Made by a program: the position numbers and the translations under genes. DNA of 64,000 nt from Trueperaceae bacterium (GTDB lineage: Bacteria > Deinococcota > Deinococci > Deinococcales > Trueperaceae). The DNA lies in the NCBI GenBank assembly GCA_965214405.1, contig OZ243956.1, positions 320,001 to 384,000 on the forward strand, given 5' to 3'. Position 1 is the first letter of the stretch. Each line of letters begins with the position of its first letter. The notes beneath the pieces were generated by a model. It had not been told where the DNA came from. It worked only from the letters and a program-made list of their open reading frames with translations, and searched no databases. Below, piece after piece: positions 1 to 10,286 of this stretch.

Positions 1-696
1 CGGTTAGATGAGGTGTTGAGCCTTAACGTCGTGCGCCTCGTCACGCTCGCCCCCGAGCTTCCCGGCGCGTTGGCGGCGGCGGCTCGCTTTGCCGCGGCAG
101 GCGTAAGGGTGAGCGTCGGGCACACGGTGGCGCGGTTCGAGGAAGTGCAGGCCCTCATAGAGGCGGTTCACAAAGAGGGCGGCACGGTCGGCTTTACCCA
201 CCTCTACAACGCGATGGGCGGAATTTCCGGACGGGAGCCGGGTGTGGTCGGGGCCGCGTTCGCTCATCCCGAAACCTACGCCGAGCTTATTTTCGACACT
301 CACCACGTTTACCAGGGAAGCTTCCTCGCCGCCCACGCCGCCAAAAGAGGTCGCCTCCACCTCGTCACCGACGCCATCCGCGCGTGCGGACTCGAAGAGG
401 GCGAGACCGAGCTCGGCGGGCAACGCGTCGTCGTCAAAGGGGGCGCGGCGCGGCTGCCGGACGGCACGCTGGCGGGGAGCGTGCTGACCCTAGACGCGGC
501 CTTACGTAACGCCGTCGGGGCGGGCGTGAGCCTAGAAGAGGCGAGCCGGATGCTCTCTTGTGTGCCCGCGCGTTACATGGGCTTGAGTGACAGGGGCGTG
601 CTCGAGCCCAACAAACGCGCCGACCTGGTGGTGCTCAACGGGGCGCTGGAGGTCCAAAGCGTGTTCGTGGCGGGGTGTGAAGTGGTGAGTGGTTAG
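1..696 (+). CDS. nagA: N-acetylglucosamine-6-phosphate deacetylase (5'-truncated by window edge)
   Basis: Motifs VTLAPE, SVGHT, THLYNAM, LVTDA, GTLAGS, PARYMG, ADLVVL. The frame is open from position 1. Confidence 0.93.
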   Translation, partial: RLDEVLSLNVVRLVTLAPELPGALAAAARFAAAGVRVSVGHTVARFEEVQALIEAVHKEGGTVGFTHLYNAMGGISGREPGVVGAAFAHPETYAELIFDTHHVYQGSFLAAHAAKRGRLHLVTDAIRACGLEEGETELGGQRVVVKGGAARLPDGTLAGSVLTLDAALRNAVGAGVSLEEASRMLSCVPARYMGLSDRGVLEPNKRADLVVLNGALEVQSVFVAGCEVVSG

Positions 697-1700
697 TGGC
701 GAGCGGTGAGTTAAAAGACCTCGTGGGGCTTGGGGTGGATGCGGGGGCCTCGAGCACGCGCTGGCGGCTTGTGGACGGGTTCGGGCGTGTGCTGGGCGAG
801 GGGCTTGCCGGACCCGTGACCGGGCACCTTTTTGCCGCCGAAGAACGGCAGGAGACGCTGACGCGCTTGCAAGAGATGCTGCGGGAGGTTCGCGCGGTGG
901 CGCGTCCTCACGCGGTCGTGGCGGGGGTGACGGGGCTTCACGCGGGAACGGAAGTTGCGGAAACGTTAGCAAAGTTTTTTGCAAAGGGGCTCGAGCTCTC
1001 CCCCACACGCGTCGCTATAGACAACGACATGGGTATCGCCTACAGGAGCGCCTTTCGCCCCGGCGAGGGCGTGCTTCTTTACGCGGGCACCGGCAGCGTC
1101 GCCTATCATATCCGCGTGGACGGCTCGCCCCTACGCGCGGGCGGCTACGGCTATCTCGTTGACGACGCGGGCGCGGGCTTTTGGATTGGTCAGGCCGGGC
1201 TCAGGCGCGTGCTGCGCTGGGTGGACGAGACGGGAGGCGCGGTCGACCGTCCCTTGGCCAACGCCATGTATGACGCGCTGGGTAGCCGAAACTGGCCCGA
1301 CATCATGGCGAGCGTTTACGGCGGCGGGCGGGCGGGTTTAGCCGCGCTCGCGCCCGCCGTCGCCAAGGCCGCTCATGAGGAAGACGAGGCCGCTGTAAAG
1401 ATTCTGCAAGACGCGGGGCGGGAGTTGGCGCGGCTCGCGCGGGCGCTGCTCGAGCGGCTTAACCGTACAGAAGACAAAAACAGGGGGGACAGTAAGGAGC
1501 GTAACACCCCCTCCGGGCGTCTACCCGTCGCTTTTGCAGGCGGTATCACCCAGCTCAGCCCGCAGCTCACGGCGGCGCTGCGGACGGCGCTCCCTACCGA
1601 AACGCATTTTGAGATCGTCACCACGCCGCCGGTGCAAACAGCCGCAGAACTCGCGGTAGAAGCGGCAGAATTTGTACTGGTTAACCCCCAAGAAAGTTGA
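696..1700 (+). CDS. BadF/BadG/BcrA/BcrD-family N-acetylglucosamine kinase
   Basis: GVDAGASST, IDND, YAGTGS and RAGGYGYLVDDAGAGFWIG motifs. Translationally coupled to nagA. Confidence 0.85.
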   Translation: MASGELKDLVGLGVDAGASSTRWRLVDGFGRVLGEGLAGPVTGHLFAAEERQETLTRLQEMLREVRAVARPHAVVAGVTGLHAGTEVAETLAKFFAKGLELSPTRVAIDNDMGIAYRSAFRPGEGVLLYAGTGSVAYHIRVDGSPLRAGGYGYLVDDAGAGFWIGQAGLRRVLRWVDETGGAVDRPLANAMYDALGSRNWPDIMASVYGGGRAGLAALAPAVAKAAHEEDEAAVKILQDAGRELARLARALLERLNRTEDKNRGDSKERNTPSGRLPVAFAGGITQLSPQLTAALRTALPTETHFEIVTTPPVQTAAELAVEAAEFVLVNPQES

Positions 1701-1713
1701 AGGGGTCGAAAAC

Positions 1714-2154
1714 CTACGGCTGAGCAGCGTGCCCTTTGTCCCGCATAAACGACGCGGGCGGCGCGAAGCGCGGCTCGAGAAGCTCGTAAACGATGCTCCG
1801 CAAGTTTTTGCCCGACAGGGGCTTGATTATCAGCCGGTCGGCTCGAGCCATGTCGGCGCTCGCCAGCGTTTCTTCATCCTGCAATGAGGTAAGAATCATG
1901 ACGGGCACATGCTTGAGACGCGGCACGCGCTTGACCCGGCCACAGACCTCGAGGCCGCTAAAGTGCGGCATGAGCACGTCCAAAATGATGAGGTCGGGTG
2001 TATTTGTTTTGAGATAGGTGAGCGCTTCCCGCCCGTCCTGGACGGCGTCGACATGGTAGCCGTCCGCGGAAAGCACGAGGTCGAGAACGTTGCGCTGCCC
2101 GGCGTTGTCGTCAGCAATGAGAATCGTTGCGCCTGTGTAGATACGGTTAGTCAT
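1714..2154 (-). CDS. single-domain CheY-like response regulator
   Basis: ILIADDN, DLIILDVLMP, LTS and IIKP receiver motifs. TACGCT lies 6 nt upstream of the ATG. Confidence 0.9.
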   Translation of the reverse strand: MTNRIYTGATILIADDNAGQRNVLDLVLSADGYHVDAVQDGREALTYLKTNTPDLIILDVLMPHFSGLEVCGRVKRVPRLKHVPVMILTSLQDEETLASADMARADRLIIKPLSGKNLRSIVYELLEPRFAPPASFMRDKGHAAQP

Positions 2155-2351
2155 AAGCGCAGCGTACGCCGGACACTCTCACAAAATTCTGACACGGACC
2201 CTGTAGCAGGTATCCGGTTCGGGGGGAATTCAGCCTTACGCATGACCGTGTAGAGCCCACTTTAAGAGGCGCGACGCGCTGATGGGCTCAGTACCCTGTT
2301 CAGGTCGTACACGTTCATGAAAACCGCCCTATCCTGTGACCGGCGCACCGT

Positions 2352-3263
2352 TTACCCCCCAAACTTGAACGCTTCTCGCCCCCTCGCGCCGGGCCGCAGA
2401 CGAAAAAGCCGCCCCGCCAGCGGCTGCTCTGCTAACGCCTCGTCGCTCAACCCCACCCTGGCCGAGGTGACAAAAAGTTCGTCCAAGTCCGTCCCGCCAA
2501 AGGCGCAACTCGTGGGCTGCGAGACGGGTAAGGTAAGGGTACGCTCGAGCCTGCCCTCCGGGTCATAGCGCTCCACGCGCCAACCGCCCCAGCGCGCGCT
2601 CCAAAGAAAACCCTCGGCGTCCACGGTGAGGCCGTCGGGCACGCCGTCTTCTTCCGTCACAATAAAGGGACGGCGGTTCTCGACCGCGCCCGTTTGGACG
2701 TCGAAGTCATACGCGTAGATGGTCTTGGCGGTCGAGTCGGTAAAGTACATGGTTTTACCGTCCAAGCTCCAATCCGTACCGTTGGGAATGCCGAAGCCCG
2801 TATCTATCTTATGAACGCTGCCGTCCACATCCAAACGGTAGAGGCTGTTGCTCTCGCCGCCGTAAGAGCCCGCCCAGAAACGCCCGCCGGGGTCCACCGC
2901 GCCATCGTTGAAGCGCGTCTGGGGGAGGTCGACCTCGGGGTCGCCAAGGAACTCGAGCCCCGTCTCACCGGACTCGAGCCCCGCCTCACCCAACCCCTTT
3001 TGAGCGGGCAAGAGCGCGAAACCTCCGTCTGTCGCCAGCACCAGGCCGCCGCTTTCTCTCAAACCTATACAGCCGACTTTGACGGAAAACTTCGCCGTCT
3101 CCTCGCCCGTGGCAGGGTCCCAAAGATACAGGCGGCGCGCGTTGATGTCGGTCCCGAAGAGGCGTCCCTGGGGGTCCCAGAGCGGCCCCTCGCCCAAGTC
3201 GTTTTGCGTTTCCGTTAGCGGTTCAACCGTCGCGTCTTCATGATTTGCGTTTTCGTGGTGCAT
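2352..3263 (-). CDS. SMP-30/gluconolactonase family protein
   Basis: LGEGPLWD, RFNDGAVDPGGRFWAG, PNG, PDGLTVDAEG and TSCAFGG motifs. Confidence 0.92.
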   Translation of the reverse strand: MHHENANHEDATVEPLTETQNDLGEGPLWDPQGRLFGTDINARRLYLWDPATGEETAKFSVKVGCIGLRESGGLVLATDGGFALLPAQKGLGEAGLESGETGLEFLGDPEVDLPQTRFNDGAVDPGGRFWAGSYGGESNSLYRLDVDGSVHKIDTGFGIPNGTDWSLDGKTMYFTDSTAKTIYAYDFDVQTGAVENRRPFIVTEEDGVPDGLTVDAEGFLWSARWGGWRVERYDPEGRLERTLTLPVSQPTSCAFGGTDLDELFVTSARVGLSDEALAEQPLAGRLFRLRPGARGREAFKFGG

Positions 3264-3412
3264 GATTGTCTCCTCTCGAGGCTCATCCTAAACCTCTCCC
3301 GTCGCCGCGTCTAGCAGCTCATGACACTCCCCCACCTTAGTCCGCGTTAAGGTGTGAGGCTGTGAGGTATGAGGCTGTGAGGCGTGAATGGTAGCAGCGT
3401 GGTGACAGTCCT

Positions 3413-4660
3413 ATGGTAACGAGCGAACGGGCCAAAAGGTGGGCCAAGGGCGTTTTCTACGGCTGGTGGGTGCTCGGCGGCTGCGCCTTGCTGCAAGTCT
3501 TGACGACCAGCTTTACCCTCCAATCTTTCGGCACCTACATCGCGGTGATGCAAAACGAGTTCGGCTGGAGCAAAACAGCTTTCGCGGCGGCTTTTTCGAT
3601 TCAGCAGGCGGGGGCCGGTCTTTTGGGACCCTTTCAGGGTTGGCTCATCGGGCGCTTCGGGGCCAGAGGCGTCATCCGCGTCGGCATCGTCACTTTCGCC
3701 GTGGCGCTAATGTTGCTCGGTCAGGTGGGTTCGCTCACGACCTTTTACGCCGTGTATGTGCTCATCGCCATTGGCGCGAGTTTAGCGGGTTTTTTGACGC
3801 TCAACACCGTCGCGGCGCAGTGGTTTGAAAAGTGGCGCTCGACCGCGTTCGCGCTCCTGCAAACGGGTATTTCATTAGGCGGTTTTCTGGTGCCGCTGGT
3901 AGCCTGGTCCCTGACCGTCCACGGCTGGCGCGCAACCGCGCTCATCAACGGCATGATTGTCCTCGCGCTCGGCTTGCCGCTCACCTATCTCGTCGGCAAT
4001 AAGCCCGAAGATTACGGGCTTAAACCCGACGGGCGGGAGGACGAGCCAAAGGGTGAGGACGCTGCGGTTAGGCAAGACTTCACGGCCAGGAACGCGCTCA
4101 AAACGAGAGCCTTTTGGTGTATCTCGTTTGGTCACGGTCTGGCGCTGATGGTCGTGTTCGCGGTCCTGACCCACCTCGTGATTCACCTGGAGAGCGACTT
4201 AGACTTCTCGCTCGGGCTCGCCGCGCTAATGGTTACCGTGATGACGACAATGAGCATCGTCGGGCAGCTTCTCGGCGGCCTCTTGGGCGACACCTTTAAC
4301 AAGCGCCTCCTCGCCACGGGCGCGATGTTCGGTCACGCGGGCGGGCTTCTCATGCTCGCCTTTGGCACCACCGTGCCGTGGGTGCTCGCCTTTGCGGTGC
4401 TTCACGGCGTGTCCTGGGGTTTACGCGGCCCCATCATGCAATCTTTGCGCGCCGACTACTTCGGGCGGCGTCACTTTGCGCAAATTTTGGGGTTTTCAAA
4501 CGTGATCGTGACTGTCGGGACCATTACCGGTCCCATCTTGGCGGGCGCGTTCGCGGACCGTTACGGCACCTATACGCCGGGTTTCGTGGTGCTGGCGGGA
4601 TTTGCGCTGTTGGGGTCGGTGTTCTTTTTCTTTGCGACGCCGCCGAAAACAAGAACTTAG
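3413..4660 (+). CDS. MFS transporter
   Basis: About 12 hydrophobic segments, FYGWWV start, GRFGAR and ADYFGRRHFA loops. Confidence 0.9.
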   Translation: MVTSERAKRWAKGVFYGWWVLGGCALLQVLTTSFTLQSFGTYIAVMQNEFGWSKTAFAAAFSIQQAGAGLLGPFQGWLIGRFGARGVIRVGIVTFAVALMLLGQVGSLTTFYAVYVLIAIGASLAGFLTLNTVAAQWFEKWRSTAFALLQTGISLGGFLVPLVAWSLTVHGWRATALINGMIVLALGLPLTYLVGNKPEDYGLKPDGREDEPKGEDAAVRQDFTARNALKTRAFWCISFGHGLALMVVFAVLTHLVIHLESDLDFSLGLAALMVTVMTTMSIVGQLLGGLLGDTFNKRLLATGAMFGHAGGLLMLAFGTTVPWVLAFAVLHGVSWGLRGPIMQSLRADYFGRRHFAQILGFSNVIVTVGTITGPILAGAFADRYGTYTPGFVVLAGFALLGSVFFFFATPPKTRT

Positions 4661-4661
4661 C

Positions 4662-6173
4662 TCACGCTCTCTCGAGCCCCCCCACCCCCCGCCCCGCCGC
4701 CTCACCTGAGATGAGCGCCCGCGCCACCGCTTTCAAAGAAGGGTCCCTAAAGCCAAAGGAGATGAGCGCAGGGCTGGGCACATCCAAGGCGCAGTAGGGA
4801 TTCCAGAGAACGAGGTGAACAAAGCGTTTGGAGATTTGTGTCAGCTCGAGCCCCAACCCCCTCTCCCCCTCTCCCAAACGCGTCCTCGAGGTCGAGACGA
4901 ATAGCGTGATGGGCGCTTTCTCAGCCATTTCTAAGATGCTCGAGCGGCCCTCAGCAAGCGCATTACGGTCATAAGGAGCGCGGGTAGGCGTGAAACCCTG
5001 AGCTGTAAGCTCATCCATAAGCCTCTCTACAGGAGGTTTCATCACGTCGCTCGCCGCGCCGCCCGCGGTGTTTTCGGCCCAGACGACAAGGCAGGGGGAG
5101 GGCTCGAGCGGCCCAAAATCGCCCAGCGCCACGAGCGCGCGGCGCGCGGCCTCGTTAAGAAGCGCCTCGTCGCCCTCTCGCCAAGCGGCGTCGGAGTCGG
5201 GTCGGGCGGGAAAACGTTCTGAAAAGTGGCGGATGCGTTCGAGCGAGCGTGCAGTCTCCTCCGGGTTCAAACGGCCCTCGGCGTGGGCGCGTTCAATTGT
5301 CTTCAGAATCTCCCGGTGTTCGGAGAGCGGGCCGACGTGCAGCGGCATGTCCACCCCCGCGATGAGCGCCCGAACCGCCGCCTCCGCCGGGCCGTAGGTA
5401 TCGGCAATAGCCCGCATGTTGAGCGCGTCGGTGAGGACGAGGCCGTTAAAGCCTGATTTGTCTCGCAAAAGGCCGGTCATGATGGGCCTCGAGAGCGTCG
5501 CGGGCATGTCAGCATCCAAAACCGGGATGAGACCGTGGTAGCTCATCACCGCGGCGACGCCTGCGTGGATGGCGGCACGAAAAGGGACGAGTTCTGTGTG
5601 CTCGAGGCGCTCCAGACTTACCCCCAGGCGCGGCAGCGACGCGTGCGAGTCGGTATCGGTGTCGCCGTGGCCGGGGAAATGTTTGGCGGTCGCGCCGACG
5701 CCCTCCGCCTGTAAGCCCTCCACAAAAGCGCCCACGTGACGCGCCACATGCTCCGGGTCGCTTCCAAACGCTCTGTCGGCGATGACGGGGTTGTTCGGGT
5801 TGTTGTTCACGTCGGCGACGGGGGCGAAGTCGAGGGTGACGCCCACGGCGCGGAGGCCCCTGGCGGTTGCGGCGGCGACGGCTCGAGTTAAATTGGGGTC
5901 GTCCGCCGCCCCCAGCGCCATCGCGCTCGGCGGATAGGGTACATCTCGTACACGCACCACCCCGCCCCCCTCCTGGTCCACCGCGACGATGAGGTCTTCC
6001 CCCAAGAGCGCGCGCAGTTCGGCGGTGTAATCCGCGAGCTGCGCCCGGTCCCGAATGTTACGCGAAAAGAGGCAGACGCCGCCCACGCGGTGCTCGTTCA
6101 AAAAGGCGCGCTCGTCGGGGGTGAGCGTATCGTGTGACAAATCAATCATCAGGAGGCGGTGAAGGTCGGTCAT
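4662..6173 (-). CDS. nagZ: GH3 beta-N-acetylhexosaminidase
   Basis: AVDQEGG, FAPVADVN, KHFPGHGDTDTDSH (NagZ signature) and LTDALNM motifs. Confidence 0.92.
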   Translation of the reverse strand: MTDLHRLLMIDLSHDTLTPDERAFLNEHRVGGVCLFSRNIRDRAQLADYTAELRALLGEDLIVAVDQEGGGVVRVRDVPYPPSAMALGAADDPNLTRAVAAATARGLRAVGVTLDFAPVADVNNNPNNPVIADRAFGSDPEHVARHVGAFVEGLQAEGVGATAKHFPGHGDTDTDSHASLPRLGVSLERLEHTELVPFRAAIHAGVAAVMSYHGLIPVLDADMPATLSRPIMTGLLRDKSGFNGLVLTDALNMRAIADTYGPAEAAVRALIAGVDMPLHVGPLSEHREILKTIERAHAEGRLNPEETARSLERIRHFSERFPARPDSDAAWREGDEALLNEAARRALVALGDFGPLEPSPCLVVWAENTAGGAASDVMKPPVERLMDELTAQGFTPTRAPYDRNALAEGRSSILEMAEKAPITLFVSTSRTRLGEGERGLGLELTQISKRFVHLVLWNPYCALDVPSPALISFGFRDPSLKAVARALISGEAAGRGVGGLERA

Positions 6174-6217
6174 GGTCTTTTATACCCCGCTTTTATAACC
6201 CGTGAGATTCGGGACCC

Positions 6218-7321
6218 CTACCGGCTCTGCACGTCCGCCGCGTCGCGCAGGGCGTCACCCACGAAGTTAATCGCAAGCACCGCGACGACAATCATCACGC
6301 CCGGTAGGAGCAGCCAGGGGTAGAGGCGCAGCGCCTCGAAGTTTTGGGCGTCTTTGAGGAGCAACCCCCACGAAGTCATGGGCTCCTTGATGCCCAAACC
6401 CAAAAACGAGAGCGCGCTCTCGCCCAAGATGTAACCAGGCAGCGCCAGCGTCGCGGCCACGACCAAATAAGAAGTCAAATTGGGCAGCACGTGGCGCAAA
6501 ATCACGCGCCCGTCACCCGCGCCGACCGCCCGCGCCGCGCTCACGTAGTCAACCTCACGAGCCGCCAAAACCTGACCCCGCACCACCCTCGCCAGGCTCG
6601 CCCAGCCGATCAGCGACAACACCGCCACGATGCCCACGTAAACCCAGGTCGAGGGCCAATTCGCGGGGATGGCCGTAGCCAAGGCCAGCAAGATGGGTAG
6701 GCGCGGGAACGACAGCAGCACCTCGATAAGCCGCTGCAACGCGCTGTCAACCAGACCGCCGTAAAACCCGGAAATCCCGCCCACCACGATGCCGATGGCG
6801 AACGAGATGAGGATGCCCACCAGGCCGACGGTCAAGGACACCTGCGAGCCGACCAGCGTCCTCGAGAAGAGGTCGCGCCCGAAGCGGTCGGTGCCCAGCG
6901 GGAAATAGAAGCCGTCACGCACGCCGAAGAGGTGCAGGTTGGTACTGAGGCCAAAAAACGTGTAGGGCTCGCCGCGGACGAAAAAGCGGAGGGGCAGAGG
7001 CTGCGCGCGGTCCTCGGCGTAAACGCGCTGATAGGTGACGGGGTCGCGCTCTTTAGTGAGGGGATAGACAAAGGGCCAGCTTAGCCGCCCCTCGTTAAAA
7101 AAATACACGCGCTGCGGCGGGCTGTAGGCGGCGCTCGAGTGCTGCGTCGTGATGTTGTAGGGGGCCAAAAAGGGCGCAAAGAGCGCGGTGAGGTAGAGGA
7201 CAACGAGCACCACACCGCCGATGACGCCCACTTTAGAACGTCTAAACCGCCGCCAGGCGAGCGTCCAGGGGCTCACCGACACGGGTCTGGCCGCCGTACG
7301 CGCCCGCGCAAGGCTAGCCAT
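6218..7321 (-). CDS. ABC transporter permease, OppC/DppC type
   Basis: LGTDRFGRD, EAA-like loop AARAVGAGDGRVILRHVLPN, ESALSFLGLG. Confidence 0.9.
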   Translation of the reverse strand: MASLARARTAARPVSVSPWTLAWRRFRRSKVGVIGGVVLVVLYLTALFAPFLAPYNITTQHSSAAYSPPQRVYFFNEGRLSWPFVYPLTKERDPVTYQRVYAEDRAQPLPLRFFVRGEPYTFFGLSTNLHLFGVRDGFYFPLGTDRFGRDLFSRTLVGSQVSLTVGLVGILISFAIGIVVGGISGFYGGLVDSALQRLIEVLLSFPRLPILLALATAIPANWPSTWVYVGIVAVLSLIGWASLARVVRGQVLAAREVDYVSAARAVGAGDGRVILRHVLPNLTSYLVVAATLALPGYILGESALSFLGLGIKEPMTSWGLLLKDAQNFEALRLYPWLLLPGVMIVVAVLAINFVGDALRDAADVQSR

Positions 7322-8285
7322 AGCGGATGCGCGGGTCCGCCCAGGCCAGCGCGAGGTCGGCCAAGAGGTTGCCGACCATGAGGAGGAGGCTCGAGAACAG
7401 GAGCAGCGTCATCGCTACATATTGGTCGCCAGCCAGAAGCGAATCGTAGAGCAGCGGGCCGATGGTGGGCAAATTGAGGACGATGGCGGTGATGATAGTG
7501 CCGTTTAGAAGCTCGGGCAAACTGAGCCCCGCTATTGAAATGAGCGGGTTGATGGCGTTACGCACCGCGTGACGATTCGTCACCACGCCCTCGCGCAGAC
7601 CCTTGGCGCGCGCCGTGCGGACAAAATCGGCGTGGAGCACGTCGAGCAAGTTGGCGCGCATCTGCCGCATCAAAACGGCAATCCCGGCGGTGCCGATGGC
7701 GAGGACCGGAATCCAGAGATGGTTAAGGAGGTCCAAAAACCGCCCCCACGACCAGGGCGCGCCGATGTAGGCGGGCGAAAAGAGCCCGCCGACGTTGGTC
7801 CCGCCCCGCTCGAGCACCCACGCAATCAGCAAGAGCGCCACCAGAAAGTCGGGCACCGCCAGCCCGATGTAGCCCACGAAACTCGCCACCGCGTCGGTTA
7901 GACCGTTGCGGTTGACCGCGGTGTAGATGCCCAGCGGAATCGCCACGAGCCAGGAAAAGAGCATCGTCGTCCCGGCGACGACGAGGGTCCACATGAGGCG
8001 TTCGCCGATGAGGCTCGAGACGGGCCGGTTCGCAAAAAACGAATAGCCAAAGTCGCCCCGCGTCATGATGCCCACCACCCAAAGCCCGTACTGCTCCCAC
8101 ACGGGTTTGTCGAGGCCCAACTGTGCGTTGATACGCGCGACCGTTTCCGCGCTCATCCGAGGGTCTTCCAAATAGCGGTCGGTGAAACTGCCCGGCTGAA
8201 GCTGAATCACGCCGAACGACACCACCGACACGAAAAAAAGCGTCGGGATGATGATGAGGATGCGTCTAATAAGATAGTTCAACAT
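7314..8285 (-). CDS. ABC transporter permease, OppB/DppB type
   Basis: MLNYLIRR start, GDFGYSF, FVRTARAKGL and DPRIRY end. Confidence 0.92.
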   Translation of the reverse strand: MLNYLIRRILIIIPTLFFVSVVSFGVIQLQPGSFTDRYLEDPRMSAETVARINAQLGLDKPVWEQYGLWVVGIMTRGDFGYSFFANRPVSSLIGERLMWTLVVAGTTMLFSWLVAIPLGIYTAVNRNGLTDAVASFVGYIGLAVPDFLVALLLIAWVLERGGTNVGGLFSPAYIGAPWSWGRFLDLLNHLWIPVLAIGTAGIAVLMRQMRANLLDVLHADFVRTARAKGLREGVVTNRHAVRNAINPLISIAGLSLPELLNGTIITAIVLNLPTIGPLLYDSLLAGDQYVAMTLLLFSSLLLMVGNLLADLALAWADPRIRYG

Positions 8286-8310
8286 AGTTCAATAGCCCTC
8301 ATTCAAAGTA

Positions 8311-8328
8311 GGGGCTCCTAAGAGCCCC
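8311..8328 (-). other. intergenic stem-loop downstream of the SBP gene
   Basis: GGGGCTC-CTAA-GAGCCCC perfect 7-bp stem between the SBP and permease genes. Confidence 0.45.
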
Positions 8329-8354
8329 CTCATGGTCATAAACCGTCTTACCAA

Positions 8355-10130
8355 CTACTGCTCAATAAAGTAAAGCGGCACCGGGTTGTAACCGGGGATG
8401 ACGCCCAGGCTGTAGACGAAGTTTTGGACGCGGTTGTAAACAGCCGCCGCGTTGGAACCCTTCGCAATCATGATGACGGGCACGTTCTCGGCGTTGAGGC
8501 GCTGCCACTCCTCATAGAGTTCAACGCGTTGCGCCTGGTCGGTGAGTTTGGAAGCCTCATCGAAGATGTCGTAGATGCGGCGTTCCCAATCGCTCATCAC
8601 TTCGAAATTGGGCTGCGTCTCGCCCTCGGCGGCTTGGGTGGCGCGGTGCCAGTAGTAGAGCGAGCCGCCGGGCTGCCAGATGGGCGTGCGGAGTTCGGGG
8701 TCGGGCTGGTTGCCAAAGGCGACCAAGATGGCGTCGAAGTCGCCGCCCAAGGCGGTGGAAAAGAGCGAACTGCCCTGAACGCCCTGCAAGTTGACCCGGA
8801 CGCCCGCCTGCGCGAAGTCGTTCTGGAGGATGGTGGCAATGTCGGTAAAGATGGTCGAGTCGGCGTTGTAGGTGAGGGTGAACTCGAGCGGCTCCCCGTT
8901 CGGCAGGTTGCGCACCCCGTCCCCGTCGGTGTCGGTGTAGCCAAGCGCGTCGAGCCCGGCGTTGGCCTGGGTGAGGTCGAACATGTTCATCAGTTCGGTG
9001 GTGTCGGTGTAAAAGGTTCCGTCGGCGGGCGCGGTCGGCGTGCCGGGGAGGGTGGCGAGACCGTTATACACGTCGTCGATCACGCGCTGGCGGTCAACCG
9101 CGTACTCCACCGCGCGGCGGAAGTCGGTATTCGAAAACGCCTCGGCCAACGCGGGGTTGGCGTCGTCAAAGTTAAAGGCCAAGTGGGGCGGCGAGCCAAA
9201 AAGCGCCTCGCTCGAGACCACCCGGAAGTCCGCGCCCGCGACCTCGCGGCCCTTGAGGTCGGGGAACTGCGCGCCCGAGATGTTGAGCGCGTCTAGGTTG
9301 CCTGCCAAAAACTGCGCCACTTGGTTCTCAGAGCCGCTGATGACGAGGTACTCGAGCGTATCCACATAAGGCAACTGGGTGCTGGACGCGTCCTCTTTCC
9401 AGTAGTTCTCATTCTTCTGTAGCGTCACCTTTTGACCCGCGGTGTAGTCCGTCAAGCGAAAAGGACCCGTGCCGACGACGTTACTCAGGTCGCCGTCGGT
9501 GGGCCAGGCGTTGTTGATGTCGGCAGGAGCCGCGCCGCCCTCCTGCGAGAACTCCAGCAGCTTGTGCTTGGGCATGATGAAAAAGCGCTGCCGGATTAAA
9601 AACGACGCCGACGGCGCGGGCAGGGTAAAGCGGACCGTCATGTCGTCCACCGCCTCGACCTCGACCATGCGGTCCTCGCCGTCCACGTTGACGACGAACT
9701 GCGCCGCGTCGCCCGCGAGCGCCTCGGGGTTCATGATGATTTGGGTGTAGGTGAAAACGACGTCTTCAGCGGTAAAGGGTTCGCCGTCTTGCCAGGTCAC
9801 GCCCTCACGAAGGCCAAAGGTGTAGACGGTGCCGTCGTCCGAGACTTCCCAGGACTCGGCCAAGCCGGGGATGAGTTCGTAGGTGTCTAGGTTGAACTCG
9901 AGCAGCGGGTCGAAAATCTGCTGCGACACCGTCTGCACGTTGTTGTCAATCACGCCGTAATAAAAAAATGAGGGCGGCGCGTCACCGAGCGACAAGGTCA
10001 GCGTGCCGCCCGGCTGACCGGGCTGGATGTCGAGCGCGCCGTAGTCGGGAATCGCCTCGGTTTGGGCGAACACCGTGCCCGCAAGAGACAAAAGCAGCAC
10101 GAGAACGAAAGAAGAAAACCTTTTATACAT
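8355..10130 (-). CDS. ABC transporter substrate-binding protein, family 5
   Basis: Signal peptide (VFA-Q), PGLAESWEVSDDG..YTF.LREGV.W.DGEPFTAEDV and VGTGPF motifs. GGAGG RBS upstream. Confidence 0.92.
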   Translation of the reverse strand: MYKRFSSFVLVLLLSLAGTVFAQTEAIPDYGALDIQPGQPGGTLTLSLGDAPPSFFYYGVIDNNVQTVSQQIFDPLLEFNLDTYELIPGLAESWEVSDDGTVYTFGLREGVTWQDGEPFTAEDVVFTYTQIIMNPEALAGDAAQFVVNVDGEDRMVEVEAVDDMTVRFTLPAPSASFLIRQRFFIMPKHKLLEFSQEGGAAPADINNAWPTDGDLSNVVGTGPFRLTDYTAGQKVTLQKNENYWKEDASSTQLPYVDTLEYLVISGSENQVAQFLAGNLDALNISGAQFPDLKGREVAGADFRVVSSEALFGSPPHLAFNFDDANPALAEAFSNTDFRRAVEYAVDRQRVIDDVYNGLATLPGTPTAPADGTFYTDTTELMNMFDLTQANAGLDALGYTDTDGDGVRNLPNGEPLEFTLTYNADSTIFTDIATILQNDFAQAGVRVNLQGVQGSSLFSTALGGDFDAILVAFGNQPDPELRTPIWQPGGSLYYWHRATQAAEGETQPNFEVMSDWERRIYDIFDEASKLTDQAQRVELYEEWQRLNAENVPVIMIAKGSNAAAVYNRVQNFVYSLGVIPGYNPVPLYFIEQ

Positions 10131-10286
10131 GAAACCTCCTTGGTCTTACCTGATTTGGCCCTTCAGGATATACCAATCCAAGACCACCTGCAAGAGACGG
10201 GGCGATAGAGAGATTGGAGACTTTCTCCATTACCCCCGCTCCCCTGTTCCCCAACATCATCCGCGCCCAACGCCCAGCGGGCAAAA

